From a bacterium (GTDB taxonomy: Archaea; Thermoplasmatota; E2; JACPAO01; JAHFTW01): a stretch of DNA of 64,000 nt. Of the stretch, positions 48,722 to 57,399 are shown piece after piece. A program made the position numbers and the translations under genes. Positions within the stretch are counted from its first letter, which is position 1; the number at the start of each line of letters is the position of its first letter. The stretch covers positions 32,001 to 96,000 of the forward strand of contig JAZJZE010000005.1 of assembly GCA_040390065.1 (NCBI GenBank), read 5' to 3'. The notes beneath the pieces were generated by a model that saw only the letters and a list, made by a program, of their open reading frames with translations, did no database searches and had not been told where the DNA came from.

Positions 48722-49696
48722 TCACGGCACGTACTTGACGGAGTCTTCCAAATCGAGGACGAAAAAGTAGGACCCGACGTCCGTCGTGAATGCCGCCATC
48801 CCCGTGAAATTCCCTGGGGCGACGAGGCCGAAAGTCTCCAAGCCCGTACGTGTAGTCACCATCTGCGCGATCCCCGAACCGTCCGTGTACGCCACCCGCA
48901 CGAACGGCGTAAGGTCCTTGGCATTCCGGGGCGTAAACAGGCCAACCGTCGTGACACCTGCAGGGGGGCCCTCCGGTTGTGGCGTGCCCGTCAGCCTGAC
49001 GAGCGGTACCGCACCTGCGTCGACTCGTAGGCCGGGGAGCGGGGCATTCACGATATCAATCGTCGCGTTCACGACGTTCACCCCGTGCCGGACCAGATGC
49101 CCTGCAATGGGGGAGCTGTCCGTGACGACCATGAGTGGAAAGATTGGCTGGGCAATGCCCGCGACCTTGACCCCGGTGGGAAGGACAATCGGGGCCCCGA
49201 CCAGTCCCAGACCGGCGGGGCCGATGGTTTCGTTCCGGTACGTCCGCGGGCGGTCGGTGCCATTGGCGCTGTAGGATTCCAGCGTCAAGGTGCTAAGGAC
49301 GACGTCCCGACACTGATAGAAGTCGAACATGACCGGGACAAGGTTCTGCGGCGTACTAGAGGGGATTTCGTACTCGGGGGGAACCGCTTGACGCAACTTT
49401 CCCCGGTCGACGTCAAACGACCCGCGAACGATTCCGCAGGCGCTGGCGTAGACGAAGGTTACGTTCGATATCGCAACCTTGGTGGCATGGGGCTCTTGCA
49501 GGCCCCCGGATGCGGAAACACTAGTTGCCCCAGGCTGTACGCCGGCTTGAGTCGGCCCCGTCCCGTTCGTGCATCCGGCGATCACCAAGACGACGACGAG
49601 CCAAGCGTGTGCCCGAAACACGGGAGCACGTCTCACGCTAGCGGAAGCCATCAAAGCCTTCCTTGCAGGGGCAGATGCGTCGGTCTCGTGGCCCAT
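48722..49696 (-). CDS. Lipoprotein, paralog of 37539..38408 (start uncertain)
   Basis: IAGC lipobox; atypical codon usage. Confidence 0.7.
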   Translation of the reverse strand: MGHETDASAPARKALMASASVRRAPVFRAHAWLVVVLVIAGCTNGTGPTQAGVQPGATSVSASGGLQEPHATKVAISNVTFVYASACGIVRGSFDVDRGKLRQAVPPEYEIPSSTPQNLVPVMFDFYQCRDVVLSTLTLESYSANGTDRPRTYRNETIGPAGLGLVGAPIVLPTGVKVAGIAQPIFPLMVVTDSSPIAGHLVRHGVNVVNATIDIVNAPLPGLRVDAGAVPLVRLTGTPQPEGPPAGVTTVGLFTPRNAKDLTPFVRVAYTDGSGIAQMVTTRTGLETFGLVAPGNFTGMAAFTTDVGSYFFVLDLEDSVKYVP

Positions 49697-49711
49697 CGCC
49701 CGAACCCAACA

Positions 49712-50524
49712 TCAGGCATGATAGCAGGCGCGCGCCGACGCGGAAGCAATTGCAGGCGCCGGCAGCTGCAGTTCGGGGCCTGGGGACGGTAGCAGCGGGT
49801 GATCGCTTCCAGTGGCGGTCGCTCCAGTGTCGCAAATGGGGACGACCGGCGCGTCGCGGAACTTGTTGACCAAGACGTCCTGAATGTCGCCCCCGCAGCT
49901 TGCCGTCGGCGAGCCGTGCGTGCAGTCCACGGGAGAACTTGCCGTTCCGGAGGACTTCGTGCCAGCGACCAAGTAGTAGTAGTTGTGGCCGCCCGTATTG
50001 AAGCCGACTCCGAAGTCCGAGGCGTAGCTGGAACCAAGGCACAGTTCATACCCGCTCGTCGCAAAATGGTCGGCGCAGGTCATGCTTGACGAAGCAACAG
50101 CAACATTGCATACCAATCGTAGTTGTGCCGGATCGTTGGCCAGAGAACAGGAAACGGTGTTGTGGTTCTCCGTAGCCCCACCCCCGCTGTGAATGACCTG
50201 TCGGTTGAGGTTCATCGCGGGCAGCGCGCCGCCGAGCGTGATTGGCCCATACTCCTGGTGGCGGGCCGGCACGCTGACCGGCGCGGAGAGGATGGTGACG
50301 CCGCCGTCATCGACGCACTCGCGGCTGAGGGTTCCTGCAGGAAAATCTACGTTGAACAGCGTTGCGCCCGTGCTGTCCGGCGCCAGGCTGAAGGCCGGCG
50401 TATCGAATGATTCGAAGCCGGAGACAGTGCAAACGTCGCCGCTTGCGTTGGCGGGAGGTGCCAACCATGGAGCGGCAAGAAAAAGCAAGCAAACCAGACT
50501 GGTCGTGCGAAGTCGCAAATTCAT
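49712..50524 (-). CDS. Secreted Cys-rich hypothetical protein
   Basis: Signal peptide (PANA cleavage-like), about 10 Cys; lower GC. Confidence 0.65.
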   Translation of the reverse strand: MNLRLRTTSLVCLLFLAAPWLAPPANASGDVCTVSGFESFDTPAFSLAPDSTGATLFNVDFPAGTLSRECVDDGGVTILSAPVSVPARHQEYGPITLGGALPAMNLNRQVIHSGGGATENHNTVSCSLANDPAQLRLVCNVAVASSSMTCADHFATSGYELCLGSSYASDFGVGFNTGGHNYYYLVAGTKSSGTASSPVDCTHGSPTASCGGDIQDVLVNKFRDAPVVPICDTGATATGSDHPLLPSPGPELQLPAPAIASASARACYHA

Positions 50525-50678
50525 GGTATCGTTTTCCTGGAGCCATGCGGGCGCGCGTTGCGCTCACCCGGACCGGCACGGCCCAAATGACCCGACGACC
50601 TTGGACCTTCTCACAATAGTTCTCTCAGGACCCGGCCGTCGCAGGCCCAATACGAAGGCATGCCCCCCGCCTCCACGC

Positions 50679-50685
50679 TTAAATA
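50679..50685 (+). promoter_or_regulatory. TATA box of the aIF-1A/RIO1/KH operon
   Basis: TTAAATA ~25 nt upstream of GTG 50709 (leaderless spacing). Confidence 0.6.
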
Positions 50686-50708
50686 AACCAAGCGTGTGAG
50701 AAGAGTCC

Positions 50709-51119
50709 GTGGTCAAAGAAGAGGGCGAGGACGACGAGGAAATCCTGGCGGAGGACCTCGCAGAAGAGCTCGCCGCAAAGGAGCCTGTCGCGGTCCCCGT
50801 CGAGGGCATGGAGTCCGACGAGGCCGTCAACCGCTACCGCATGCCGGACAACCGCAACCGCGAGATGTTCGCCATCGCGGACGAACTCATGGGCGCCTCG
50901 AAACTGCGCGTCATGTGCGAGGACGGCAAGTCCCGCATGGCCCGCATCCCGGGCAAGATGAAGCGCCGCATGTGGATCAAGCCCGGCGACCTCGTCATCG
51001 TGAAGCCGTGGGACTTCCAGGACGAGAAGGCCGACGTCAAGTACCGCTACGTGCGCACGCAGGCCGTCAACCTGAGCCGGCGCAAGAAGATTCCTGAGCT
51101 TCTCGATGTCGGGTTCTGA
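50709..51119 (+). CDS. eif1a: Translation initiation factor aIF-1A
   Basis: MGASKLRVMCEDGKSRMARIPGKMKRRMWIKPGDLVIVKPWDFQDEKADV.YRY. Confidence 0.95.
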   Translation: MVKEEGEDDEEILAEDLAEELAAKEPVAVPVEGMESDEAVNRYRMPDNRNREMFAIADELMGASKLRVMCEDGKSRMARIPGKMKRRMWIKPGDLVIVKPWDFQDEKADVKYRYVRTQAVNLSRRKKIPELLDVGF

Positions 51120-52053
51120 GGCCATCGTCATGGGCGACGACGTCGAGGAAGCAACCCCTCTTCTGTCGCTCGAGGACGACGAGATGCGGCAGGAGGCCTC
51201 CAACGACGAGTGGGCCTACCGGCAAGCCGAACGGCTCGTCGGCGGGATGCCCGGACGCACGGGCGGCGCCGACCGGAGGACGGAGGGCGAGGTGTTCGAC
51301 CACCCGACCCTCATGGTTCTGCACCGCCTCCTCACGCATGGCACCCTGAAGTCGCTCGACTTTCCCATCTCGACCGGCAAGGAAGCCAACGTCTTCCGCG
51401 GGACGACGCCGCGTGGCGCATTCGTCGCGGTCAAGATCTACCGCATCAACACGGCGACGTTCAAGCACGTGCAGCAATACATCGAGGGCGACGAGCGCTT
51501 CGAGGGACGCACGGGCGACCGCCGCGGCCTCGTGCACGCCTGGTGCCAGAAGGAGCACCGCAATCTCCTTCGCCTACGCGACGCGGGGGTCGCCGTCCCC
51601 GAATCCCAGAAGGCCATCGGCAACGTCCTCGTCATGGAATACCTCGGCACCAAGGAAGGGCCTTGGCCGCGCCTCAAGGAAATGACGCCTATCGGCGACG
51701 CCGAGCGCATCTACAAGGACCTCGTCGAGGACTACATCCGCGCCTACAACGTGGCCGACTTGATCCACGCCGACCTGTCCGAGTACAACATCATGCTCGA
51801 GGGCACGGACGACCCCGCGACGTCGTGGCGGCCACGCATGATCGACGTCGGCCAGGCTGTCCTCAAGAACCACCCGATGGCCAAGCAATTCCTGGAACGC
51901 GACGTCAAGAACCTCACCGCCTTCTTCCGTCGCCAGGGCGTCGACGCGAAACCAGAGGACGTAATCGCCCGCCTCGACCACCAGCGCCGCCAGGAACGCG
52001 AACGCCCCGTCAAGATCCGACCGGCCTTGGGCGACGACGAGGAGGAACTTTGA
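51106..52053 (+). CDS. rio1: RIO1 serine/threonine kinase
   Basis: ISTGKEANVF, AVKIYR, LVMEYLG, IHADLSEYNIM, IDVGQAV. Confidence 0.95.
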   Translation: MSGSEAIVMGDDVEEATPLLSLEDDEMRQEASNDEWAYRQAERLVGGMPGRTGGADRRTEGEVFDHPTLMVLHRLLTHGTLKSLDFPISTGKEANVFRGTTPRGAFVAVKIYRINTATFKHVQQYIEGDERFEGRTGDRRGLVHAWCQKEHRNLLRLRDAGVAVPESQKAIGNVLVMEYLGTKEGPWPRLKEMTPIGDAERIYKDLVEDYIRAYNVADLIHADLSEYNIMLEGTDDPATSWRPRMIDVGQAVLKNHPMAKQFLERDVKNLTAFFRRQGVDAKPEDVIARLDHQRRQERERPVKIRPALGDDEEEL

Positions 52054-52099
52054 CGTCCCCTCGCTCGCGTCGCTCGCCCTTCCCCCAGGGGAGGGTCTT

Positions 52100-52645
52100 G
52101 TGATCTACCTCCGCGTGCCAAACGACCGCATCGGTGCCATCATCGGCCCCGGCGGCGAGACGCGCCGCGCCCTCATGGAGCGCAGCGGCATCCAGATCGA
52201 GGTCGACACGAACGAGAACGAGGTCGCCCTGCACGACGAGACGCCGGGGGCGGACCCCGTCATGCTCCTCAAGATGCGCGACATCGTGAAGGCCATCGCG
52301 CGCGGCTTCAGCCCCGAGCACGCAAGCCGCCTGTTCTCCGACGACTGCTACTTCGAACTCCTGGACTTCCACGACTACGTCGGCAAGCACAAGGGCCACG
52401 TGCGCCGCGTCACGGCGCGCCTCATCGGCTCGGAGGGCAAGACGCGCCGCATCATCGAGGAGCAGACGCAGTGCGACCTCGCCATCTACGGCCACACCGT
52501 CGGCATCATCGGCGACCTCGAGGACCTTGCCAACGCCAAGCAGGCCGTCGACATGATTCTGCGCGGCGCCGAGCACGCGTCGGTGTACCGCTTCCTGGAA
52601 AACACGCGGCGCCGGGCCAGGCGCGCGAACGCGGAGACCTGGTAG
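52100..52645 (+). CDS. KH-domain RNA-processing protein (Dim2/PNO1-like)
   Basis: RIGAIIGPGG, AIARGFSPE, RLIGSEGKTR, GAEHASVY; conserved archaeal gene order. Confidence 0.92.
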   Translation: MIYLRVPNDRIGAIIGPGGETRRALMERSGIQIEVDTNENEVALHDETPGADPVMLLKMRDIVKAIARGFSPEHASRLFSDDCYFELLDFHDYVGKHKGHVRRVTARLIGSEGKTRRIIEEQTQCDLAIYGHTVGIIGDLEDLANAKQAVDMILRGAEHASVYRFLENTRRRARRANAETW

Positions 52646-52668
52646 CCCCAGATCGGTGCGGCGGTCGC

Positions 52669-52892
52669 CCCGGGACACAGATTCCACGGAATCTCTCTGC
52701 GTCATGCCCGGGCTGGCTTCGGCCACACCCAAATGGCCGCCCTCAGAATTTCCCAGATGCACTTCCGGCGGCTTCGGGAGCCTGCGCGGGCCGGCTGAAG
52801 GGCATCTGCGGAATTCTGGCGCGGCCCTGGGCAACAGGCCGAAGGCCACTGGAGCGCGCAACCCAATGCATCTGCGGAATCTGTGTCCCGGG
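52669..52892. mobile_element. ~224-bp MITE-like nested palindrome
   Basis: Perfect 17-bp terminal IR CCCGGGACACAGATTCC (52669-52685 / 52876-52892); inner IR CAGAATTTCCCAGATGC / GCATCTGCGGAATTCTG; mobility is inferred. Confidence 0.65.
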
Positions 52893-52965
52893 CGGCGGGG
52901 CGCTGATGGCGTGCGCGAGGCTGCCCCCCCGTGCCCTTTAAGGGCCCGCCCCCAGTCGCGTCGAC

Positions 52966-54330
52966 GTGGAGCCCGTCCCCGCCGCGCCCGCCGAACCGCC
53001 GAAGGACAACCCGCACGACCCGCCAACGGCGAAGGGGCCCCCCGAACCGGTGACGCCCGGCGAGATGCGCGCCACCGGCGTCCTGTTTGCCATCTTCGCG
53101 GTGACCATCGCGCTCTCCGTCTTGTTCGCGGCGCCCTTCCACCGCGCCGGACTGCAGGCCTTCGCCAACCCGGAGGACACGTCGAACGCCTTCGTGTACC
53201 TCGCCATGATCCTGGCATTCACCTTCGTCATCCTGTGGATCGCCAAGCGCGGCAAGAAGAACATCATCCGCGCCATCATCCTCTTCGCTGTGGGCTCCAC
53301 CATCGCGTATGTGGTCTACCCGCTCGTCGCCCTCGCCCTGCCGGCTGGGCCCATCGAGCCGTACATGGGTTTCCTGGTCATTCCGCTCGTGGCGGCCCTT
53401 GCCGTGTCCATCGGGTCGGTGCTCCTTCTGTACTTCCACCCGGAGTGGTACGTCATCGACACCGTCGGCCTCCTGGTCGCAGCCGGCTCGGCCGCCATCT
53501 TCGGCATCAGCTTCGGCATTCTGCCCGTCATCGTCCTGCTGTCCATGCTGGCCATCTACGACGCGATCGCCGTGTACCGCACGCGCCACATGCTGGCCCT
53601 GGCTGACACCGTCATCGACCTGCGCCTTCCCGTCCTGCTTGTCATCCCCAAGCACGCCGGCTACAAATTCAAGGACGAGGCGAACAAGTTCAAGCAGGCC
53701 TCCGCCGAGAACAAGGGCGAACGCGAAGCCATGTTCATGGGACTCGGCGACCTCGTGATGCCGACGATGCTCGTCGTGTCGGCGCTCACGTTCCTCGGCG
53801 CCCTCACGGCCGTGCCCCTGGCCGCGACGGTCGAACCTTGGGACGATGCCCACGGGCTGCCCGTGGACATGACAGCCGCCGCCACCCCCGGCCACCCGAT
53901 CAACGTCCAGTACACGATCTCCAGTCCGTCCCCTGCCGCCTCGTCCTGGAATTGGACGCTCACCTGGGCCGACGGCACCCACGACGCCTACGGCCACGGC
54001 CTGCCCGCGTTCGTCACACGCGAGTTCCAGGAGCCCGGCGGAGTCGTCGCCAACATCACCGTCCAAGACGCCTCGGGTGCCAAGGGCTCGGTCGAACTCG
54101 TGGCCGCCGTGGACTACGCCCACGCCACGTTCTTCACCCCATTGTCGACCCTGTTCGCCAACCCGCCCGCCCTCGGCGCCGCCATCGGCACCCTTGCCGG
54201 CTTCGGGGCCCTCATGGTCTTCGTCCTGCGCGGTAATCCGCAGGCCGGCCTGCCGCTCCTGAACGGGGGCGCCCTCGCCGGCTTCCTGCTCGGCCTGTAC
54301 CAGGCCACGGGGTCGTTCAAGTTCTGGTGA
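52966..54330 (+). CDS. Presenilin/signal peptide peptidase-like intramembrane aspartyl protease (A22) with an inserted soluble domain
   Basis: YDAIAVY, MGLGDL, PQAGLPLLN motifs. Confidence 0.92.
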   Translation: MEPVPAAPAEPPKDNPHDPPTAKGPPEPVTPGEMRATGVLFAIFAVTIALSVLFAAPFHRAGLQAFANPEDTSNAFVYLAMILAFTFVILWIAKRGKKNIIRAIILFAVGSTIAYVVYPLVALALPAGPIEPYMGFLVIPLVAALAVSIGSVLLLYFHPEWYVIDTVGLLVAAGSAAIFGISFGILPVIVLLSMLAIYDAIAVYRTRHMLALADTVIDLRLPVLLVIPKHAGYKFKDEANKFKQASAENKGEREAMFMGLGDLVMPTMLVVSALTFLGALTAVPLAATVEPWDDAHGLPVDMTAAATPGHPINVQYTISSPSPAASSWNWTLTWADGTHDAYGHGLPAFVTREFQEPGGVVANITVQDASGAKGSVELVAAVDYAHATFFTPLSTLFANPPALGAAIGTLAGFGALMVFVLRGNPQAGLPLLNGGALAGFLLGLYQATGSFKFW

Positions 54331-54398
54331 GTTTCCCTCCTGGAATCACAGAAGAAAACCTTTAGCCATGCAGGGGCTCAGGAGATTCAGGGTAGCCC

Positions 54399-54686
54399 AT
54401 GGACGCCGAGGTCACTTCTTTCATCAATCTCCCCGTCTACACGCACGGCGGCCGCTACGTCGGCGTCGTGCAGAACGTCATCCTCGACCTCCCCAGCCGC
54501 CGCATCGGCAGCCTCCTCCTCACCCGCACCTCCAGCAAACTCATCGAGGGCGGCCACAACGTTGCCGTCCCGTACCGCTGGGTCGCCTCCATCGGCGACA
54601 TCGTCATCCTCAGCCACTTCCCGGACAAGGTCGTCGCCCAGCCCAAGACGGCCGAGGAAGCGGAAGAAGAGCCGGTTGCAGCGTAG
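54399..54686 (+). CDS. PRC-barrel domain protein
   Basis: VYTHGGRYVGVVQNVILD...VPYRWVASIGDIVIL. Confidence 0.9.
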   Translation: MDAEVTSFINLPVYTHGGRYVGVVQNVILDLPSRRIGSLLLTRTSSKLIEGGHNVAVPYRWVASIGDIVILSHFPDKVVAQPKTAEEAEEEPVAA

Positions 54687-54689
54687 GCG

Positions 54690-55001
54690 ATGGCCAGCTC
54701 GAAGGCGGGCGCCGCCTTCTCCCGCAAGGTCCACGCCTTCGTCCGAAAAGTCCCCAAAGGTCGCGTCACCACCTACGGCGATGTCGCCTACTCCATCGGC
54801 CAACCGGGAGCCGCCCGCGCCGTCGGCCACGTCATGCGCAACACGCCCGACGACTCCCCGACGCCGTGCCATCGCGTCGTTCGCGCCGGCGGGCACGTCG
54901 TGCCCGTGCGGGGGAATGCGCTCGTTGCAAGGCTGCGGGCAGAGGGCGTCACGGTGAAGTCGGGGCAGGTTGTCGGCTTTGCCAGGCTGCGTTGGCCGTA
55001 G
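54690..55001 (+). CDS. MGMT-family (O6-alkylguanine alkyltransferase) single-domain protein
   Basis: VPKGRVTTYGDVA, ARAVG, PCHRVV. Confidence 0.9.
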   Translation: MASSKAGAAFSRKVHAFVRKVPKGRVTTYGDVAYSIGQPGAARAVGHVMRNTPDDSPTPCHRVVRAGGHVVPVRGNALVARLRAEGVTVKSGQVVGFARLRWP

Positions 55002-55026
55002 CGTCGCTTCGCGCCGCTGCCGACTG

Positions 55027-55233
55027 AACACAGATTCCACCGATACCCTAGACTGCACATTTCAGTGACCCTCGGCCTGTTTCCCAGTGGCTGCCCCAGA
55101 ATTCCCCAGATGCACTTCAGCCGAGGCCCCGGCCTCCACGGAAAGTTCATCTGCGAAATTCTGGGGGGTGCAGTTCGAGTCAGGGCGAAGGCTCCTCTGG
55201 TACGCCCCAGCAAAACTCTGTGAAATCTGTGTT
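55027..55233. mobile_element. ~207-bp MITE-like nested palindrome, same family as 52669..52892
   Basis: Terminal AACACAGATTCCAC / GTGAAATCTGTGTT; inner CCCCAGAATTCCCCAGATGCACTT / AAGTTCATCTGCGAAATTCTGGGG. Confidence 0.65.
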
Positions 55234-55249
55234 TGGCCGAGAGCGGTCT

Positions 55250-55315
55250 CTAGTTCTTCAACGGCATCTTCTCGCAAGCGGCTTCCAGGATATCCATGCC
55301 CGCATCGATCTTCGC
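55250..55315 (-). repeat. Recoded duplicate of the last 22 codons (including stop) of the aminotransferase gene
   Basis: Encodes AKIDAGMDILEAACEKMPLKN* vs gene ...PLRN*; 8 differences, 7 synonymous and 1 R/K. Confidence 0.95.
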
Positions 55316-55485
55316 AGAGTCCCTTGCGACCCAATCTGGTACGCAACCGTGGTCTGTGCAAATCGGGCCAGATTCCAGCCTAATTCATCTGGGGAATTCT
55401 GGGGTTAGCCGTTTTCTGGACGGGATTTCACGCCCGCTTGGACCGTTAGGCCGCTGCGAAATCTGTGTCTGCCCGAGAGCCGCCA

Positions 55486-56652
55486 CTAGTTCCTCAAAGG
55501 CATTTTTTCGCATGCGGCTTCGAGAATGTCCATGCCCGCATCGATCTTCGCAACACTGCAGGCATAGCTGAATCGCAAGTGCCCTTCGCCAAGGCGACCG
55601 AAGGCCGAACCCGGGCTGCAGATGAGACCCTTCGCAGCCAAGTTGAGCGCCAACTCCTCGCTCGGGATGTCGAAGTCATACTTGGGGAAGGCGTAGAACG
55701 CTCCGCCAGGCTTCTGCATCTTGAGGCCACGCATCTTCTGCAGACGCTTCGTGATGCGGTCTCGGCGCTTGCGGAACTCGGCCAGCATGTTGTCCGCCTG
55801 CGTCTGCGGGCCTTCGAGGGCGGCCACACACGCCCACTGGATGGGTGTGGGCGTGCAGGCGACGGTGTAGTAGTGCATCGTCTCGATGGCCTTCACGTAC
55901 TCGCGCTTCGTCGCGATGGCCCCGAGCCGCCAGCCCGTCAGGGCGTAGGTCTTGGAGAACGAATTGACCCAGATGACGTTGTCCATGTGGCTGAGGAAAC
56001 TATGGTGCGGCGCGTCGTAGGAGAGGAAGTCGTACACCTCGTCGGCGACGACCATGATGTCCTTGTCCTCGGCGACTTCGCAGACGGCGCGCACGGCGGC
56101 CTTGTCCATGCACGCGCCCGTCGGGTTCGACGGCGTGTTTATGATGAGGAGCTTCGTCCTCGGCGTGATCTTGGCCTGGATCTCGTCGACGTCCGGCTGG
56201 TACTTGTTCTCCGCCGTCAGGCTGTACGGGATAGGGAAGCCTCCGCACAGGCGCGCCTGGCTTGGATAGAGGACGAAGCCTGGGTCGGGGACGAGGACCT
56301 CGTCGCCATGGTCGACGAACGTGTGGTTCACGGTCATGAGGGCCTGGGTGGCCCCGGCTGTGATGATGATGTTCTGCGCCGAGACGTTCTCGCCGCGGTA
56401 GTTCTTGATGCGCGTGGCGACGGCTTCGCGAAGCTGCGGCAGCCCAAGGCTCGGGCCGTAGTGGTTCTTGCCTGCCGCCACGGCGTCCGTGAGGGCCTTG
56501 GCGATGTGGGGGGCCGGCTCGAAGTCCGGTTCGCCAAGCCCCATGTTGATGGAGTCCTTGCCGGCCAGCTCGAACATCTTGCGAATGCCGCTCATCTCGA
56601 TGCCTAGGAGGCGCCGGGCCACGAGGCTCTGGCCCGAGCGGGAGACGGCCAC
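55486..56652 (-). CDS. Class I/II PLP-dependent (aspartate-type) aminotransferase
   Basis: GLGEPDF, INTPSNPTG, ADEVY, SFSKTYALTGWRLG, GAFY, LRFSYA; start chosen from TATA spacing. Confidence 0.92.
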   Translation of the reverse strand: MAVSRSGQSLVARRLLGIEMSGIRKMFELAGKDSINMGLGEPDFEPAPHIAKALTDAVAAGKNHYGPSLGLPQLREAVATRIKNYRGENVSAQNIIITAGATQALMTVNHTFVDHGDEVLVPDPGFVLYPSQARLCGGFPIPYSLTAENKYQPDVDEIQAKITPRTKLLIINTPSNPTGACMDKAAVRAVCEVAEDKDIMVVADEVYDFLSYDAPHHSFLSHMDNVIWVNSFSKTYALTGWRLGAIATKREYVKAIETMHYYTVACTPTPIQWACVAALEGPQTQADNMLAEFRKRRDRITKRLQKMRGLKMQKPGGAFYAFPKYDFDIPSEELALNLAAKGLICSPGSAFGRLGEGHLRFSYACSVAKIDAGMDILEAACEKMPLRN

Positions 56653-56790
56653 GAGCCCGGCCAGAAGGAGGACATAGAAAAGGACTCCAGGCGGAGTAAA
56701 CCCCGGCCCGAGGCGCATGATCCCCGGGCCGGGGCCTCCGCACGAGGGCGGAGAGGTGGGGGTTGAGGGGAAGAGGGGGCCTTCCGACGC

Positions 56791-57177
56791 CTACAGGCCC
56801 GTCGTGTAGTCGACGTGCGTGTCGGAGTCGACGACGCTGTTGTGGACGCCGACGTCGACGGAGCCCGAGGACTGGTCAGCCTCGTAGCAGGCGTTGCCGT
56901 TGCCGGCAAGGTCGACACAGGTCGGCGTCGCATCGGTCGAGACGGTCGAGGACGACGGACCGCTGCCGTCGTCGCAGGACGCTGGCGCCGTCACGCAGAC
57001 GGTGATGGAGCAGCTGCCCGTCGTGCAGTCACCGTCCTGCGTCACGCAGGCTTGGCCCTCGCCCGCGAGGTCTTGACACGTGGTGTCAGCATGGTGGCTT
57101 GGTGCGAACGCCGGGATGGTTGCGGCGCCGCCGGTGGCTGCAATCAGCAGTCCTGCGATGGCGAAGATGGTGTTCAT
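56791..57177 (-). CDS. Small secreted Cys-rich protein with an internal repeat
   Basis: AGGAG SD; signal peptide; TCQDLAGEGQAC / TCVDLAGNGNAC. Confidence 0.7.
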   Translation of the reverse strand: MNTIFAIAGLLIAATGGAATIPAFAPSHHADTTCQDLAGEGQACVTQDGDCTTGSCSITVCVTAPASCDDGSGPSSSTVSTDATPTCVDLAGNGNACYEADQSSGSVDVGVHNSVVDSDTHVDYTTGL

Positions 57178-57399
57178 GGTGGTGTCTCCTTTGCGCCCTC
57201 TGGGCTCCGGGGGCCCGTTGGACGGACGGCATGATACGGGGTGGGATGATGAACCCCCGCGGCGCGTTCCCGTTCTTGCGATTCCCATCTAGCGAGATGA
57301 ACGGGTTCGTGTCGCTGCGGAGCGGTCAGGCCTGCCGCGGCACGCGTTGTCGCCTATCGTACAGGCTGCACACTTGTGGGCTTCGCCGGGCGCGCCCGA

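Noticed and set aside
52054-52099. Short REP-like hairpin (CGCTCGCGTCGCTCG, CCCTTCCCC-CA-GGGGAGGG) between rio1 and the KH gene
   Set aside because: Single short copy that may simply overlap the SD region; too little evidence to call an element.
46734-55551. Gene-tail duplications as DGR template/variable repeats
   Set aside because: Differences are not adenine-specific, are almost all silent, and there is no reverse transcriptase in the window.
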